Part shown: positions 62,666 through 64,000 of the stretch, piece by piece
Position numbering within the stretch: position 1 is the first letter of the stretch
Layout of the letters: the number at the start of each line of letters is the position of its first letter
IMG/VR virus record: IMGVR_UViG_3300010885_058378
Coordinates: 62,001-126,000 of that record
Direction: 5' to 3' (one strand)
Source: an uncultured virus (IMG/VR IMGVR_UViG_3300010885_058378)
Lineage: Duplodnaviria > Heunggongvirae > Uroviricota > Caudoviricetes
DNA: 64,000 nucleotides
The notes under the pieces: generated by a model
Databases searched by the model: none
The model's input: the letters and a program-made list of their open reading frames with translations, nothing else
Told to the model about the DNA's origin: nothing
Translations under genes and position numbers: made by a program

Positions 62666-63787
62666 TCAGTCACCCACTATAGCATCGTTAGTATTATCTA
62701 CAAAACTAATAGCCGTAGGATCAGTACCAGTGCCGAATGTTCCGCTACCAGTTACAACAAGCTTATTAAAGGTTTGATAGCTATATGTGACAGTAGCATT
62801 ACCACCACCAGTATCTCCACCATTATAATTAACACTTGTTAGTTTATTCTTTTTTCCAAGATCAAGCCTTAATGAATCATTAATACCAGAACCACAAATA
62901 ACAATATTAACTTCTTTATCTTGTAAATTCTTATAAACAGTAGAACAACTTGATGTTAGTGAACTAAAGTCTGAAGCCTCAACCATATCTCCACTAGCAG
63001 CAATAATTTGGAATTCACTAGTAACTTCGAGTGGGAATGTTACATAACGATAGTATGGAGCCATGGATCCTAGTTCGTAAATTGCTTCACGACCAAGGTT
63101 AGCACTAATAGTAACGCTTTGCATTCTTGGCTTTCCACCACCAGGAGCAGGAATACCACCGCCAACACCAGTTGGAATAATACTTTGTACCGTGTTATAT
63201 TTATAACGTCTAGCAATTGATGGAGCTGTCATGGTTCCAGCGTCAGTGCCTCCACCGAAGATACCATTCGAACTTGGAGCCCCATTTAATCCGCTATTCC
63301 ATACTTTATTATTTCCAACAAGGGTAACGTCTTCTGTAGCATTTCCTTCAACAGGAATGGTATAGCTAATGCTTGACAAATACATTCCGCTGCAGTCAAC
63401 ATAATTACTTGGTGTTCCAGTAGCTGCTGCTAAATCGTCGCTATAAAGACCTAAACGAACGTTAACTCTATTATTGGCTAAGGAAACAAGTTCTTTTCCA
63501 CTAGCACTAGCAGGACCAGCACTTCCACCCATGCATAATAGATATAGTGGGAATGTTCCATCAATAACTTTGCTCATTGTAACTTCAACTTCAGGAACAT
63601 TTTCAATGTTGTCATAAAGTTCGATTTGACCTAATTGAAAAACTTGTTCTAGTGTGAAGTTTGTTGTGATGCCTATGCTTTGTAAGCCTCTGGGATAGTA
63701 CCAGTTACCATTAACTGATGTTCCGTCTACGTTTTGTCCTTTAAGAGCAACACCTTGTGTGGCGTAAAAAATTCTATTAAATGGCAT
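62666..63787 (-). CDS. Putative major tail tube protein with internal duplication
   Basis: Upstream of chaperones and TMP; beta-rich; GLQSIGITTNFTLEQVFQLG is repeated as RMQSVTISANLGREAIYELG; SD GGAG. Confidence 0.7.
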   Translation of the reverse strand: MPFNRIFYATQGVALKGQNVDGTSVNGNWYYPRGLQSIGITTNFTLEQVFQLGQIELYDNIENVPEVEVTMSKVIDGTFPLYLLCMGGSAGPASASGKELVSLANNRVNVRLGLYSDDLAAATGTPSNYVDCSGMYLSSISYTIPVEGNATEDVTLVGNNKVWNSGLNGAPSSNGIFGGGTDAGTMTAPSIARRYKYNTVQSIIPTGVGGGIPAPGGGKPRMQSVTISANLGREAIYELGSMAPYYRYVTFPLEVTSEFQIIAASGDMVEASDFSSLTSSCSTVYKNLQDKEVNIVICGSGINDSLRLDLGKKNKLTSVNYNGGDTGGGNATVTYSYQTFNKLVVTGSGTFGTGTDPTAISFVDNTNDAIVGD

Positions 63788-63838
63788 TTGTATTCTCCGA
63801 ATAAGGGGTGTTTTGATTTATATGTAATATACACCAAG

Positions 63839-64000
63839 TCATGGAAAAATTTCTATCGACCATCTGATAAGACCATTATATAAGTTGCTGCTCAAAGTAT
63901 TCATTTCGCCAAGACTGCTACTTTTAATATTACACCAATACTGCCTAAAATTAGATACCAAATCAGGATAATTTTGTCCATTTCGATTAATGCTTCCTTC
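63839..64000 (-). CDS. 3' end of an upstream gene (possibly tail completion/terminator), truncated by the window edge
   Basis: Open frame from the edge, ...LYNGLIRWSIEIFP*, TGA at 63839-63841. Function is guessed from position only. Confidence 0.55.
   Translation of the reverse strand, partial: EGSINRNGQNYPDLVSNFRQYWCNIKSSSLGEMNTLSSNLYNGLIRWSIEIFP

Noticed and set aside
1..64000. Stop-codon reassignment, tRNA or rRNA genes
   Set aside because: Genes are long and tightly packed under the standard code with TAA, TGA and TAG all used as stops. Intergenic gaps are too short and show no cloverleaf I could support.

Overview
AT-rich segment of a large tailed dsDNA phage (probably jumbo, siphovirus-like; standard genetic code) with two convergent arms meeting at a hairpin at ~12.9 kb. 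The + arm (1-12842) is a replication/modification module. It carries a family-C DNA polymerase (DnaE) broken into at least three genes: one break has a 36-aa split-intein C-half preceded by an overlapping TnsA-like endonuclease, the other is intein-less and hosts a DnaQ-like exonuclease gene. It also has SSB with a consensus sigma70 promoter, about 8 glycosyltransferase/methyltransferase/NTP-transferase-like genes, a Vsr-like endonuclease, a Rad52-like annealing protein and a Zn-ribbon protein. The - arm (12907-64000) is a tail module: internally duplicated tail tube, two paralogous chaperone-like genes, a 5642-aa tape measure protein, fibre/adhesin genes (two circularly permuted FGE-sulfatase/C-type-lectin domains, FN3 domains, Thr/Pro mucin-like stalks, Cys-containing repeats) and very large tail-tip proteins. 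The main find is the tape measure protein. It reads as a polyprotein of enzyme-like cassettes: thermonuclease, two HExxH metallopeptidases, P-loop kinase plus HxGH nucleotidyltransferase, PD-(D/E)xK nuclease and ADP-ribosyltransferase. The cassettes are bounded by a recurring (F/Y)AxGG motif, which suggests a virion-injected effector cargo. All domain calls come from motifs read by eye; no database searches were run.
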